A stretch of 63,650 bases of DNA, the filler included, from Atractiella rhizophila (lineage: Eukaryota): assembly GCA_021432655.1 (NCBI GenBank). It is 5 parts of 4 records of this genome, joined end to end, with 100 filler letters (N's around TTAATTAATTAA, not from the genome) between each part and the next. Parts side by side here need not be neighbours in the genome. Positions count along the whole stretch, not along the records: positions 62,373 to 63,650 come from MU271303.1; 4 more parts are not named here. The stretch is one strand, 5' to 3'. Every line of letters begins with the position of its first letter. Position 1 is the first letter of the stretch. This document shows, in pieces, positions 63,365 through 63,650 of the stretch. A program made the translations under genes and the position numbers. The notes below the pieces were generated by a model that saw nothing but the letters and a program-made list of their open reading frames with translations, was not told the origin of the DNA and made no database searches.

Positions 63365-63650
63365 CTCACAAGATTGGCTTTGAAGGACGAAGTTGGGGTT
63401 TGGGAGAGATGCATCTAAGGATATCAACGTGAGCAAGTGTTCTATTGGTTCTGTGGACTGTGGTGAAGAAAGCATTTATACCCTGTTGCTGACTTTCTAA
63501 TGAGACTTTCTGCCAGTCTTCGATCTTCATCGGGGCAGTACTTCATGTCAATAGTGGTGTCCAATATCGTTCAGGCTTTGAAAAATCTTGAAAAGGAAAG
63601 TGAAAACGGCGTGAGATTTTGGATAGCTCAGGGATCGTCTCATGAACTTA

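Overview
This is a eukaryotic fungal genomic window with many short (about 45-70 nt) GT-AG introns and GTGCGT/GTACGT/GTAAGT donors. That pattern is basidiomycete-like; Pucciniomycotina is an inference only. The assembly is fragmented: four 100-nt N blocks carry an artificial TTAATTAATTAA linker and there is one 495-nt N gap, so several genes are truncated. Recognisable genes are a secreted SGNH/CE3 esterase, TFIIE alpha, RPS19 and eIF3i (head-to-head), a CSC1/OSCA channel, a Kss1/Fus3-type MAPK, Noc4, the polo-kinase C-terminus, Kex2, a patatin phospholipase, an F-box/LRR-like gene with decayed paralogs, phosphoglycerate mutase, dienelactone hydrolase, an SPX-RING E3, D-amino acid oxidase, a PP2C, CSN3, an isochorismatase-like protein and a GH5 glucanase. 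The most notable observations are: a HabB/StyC-like membrane heme-isomerase homolog; a DAO whose stop codon interrupts an apparent PTS1 (EG*RL*); an intronless patatin/F-box island; tandem duplications that look like merged haplotypes; a highly diverged second copy of the CSN3/isochorismatase promoter block; micro-exons at catalytic motifs; recurrent GCATGT GC-AG donors; and CACTA-like inverted repeats at the disrupted 5' end of the GH5 gene. All family assignments come from motif recognition and recall, not from database searches.
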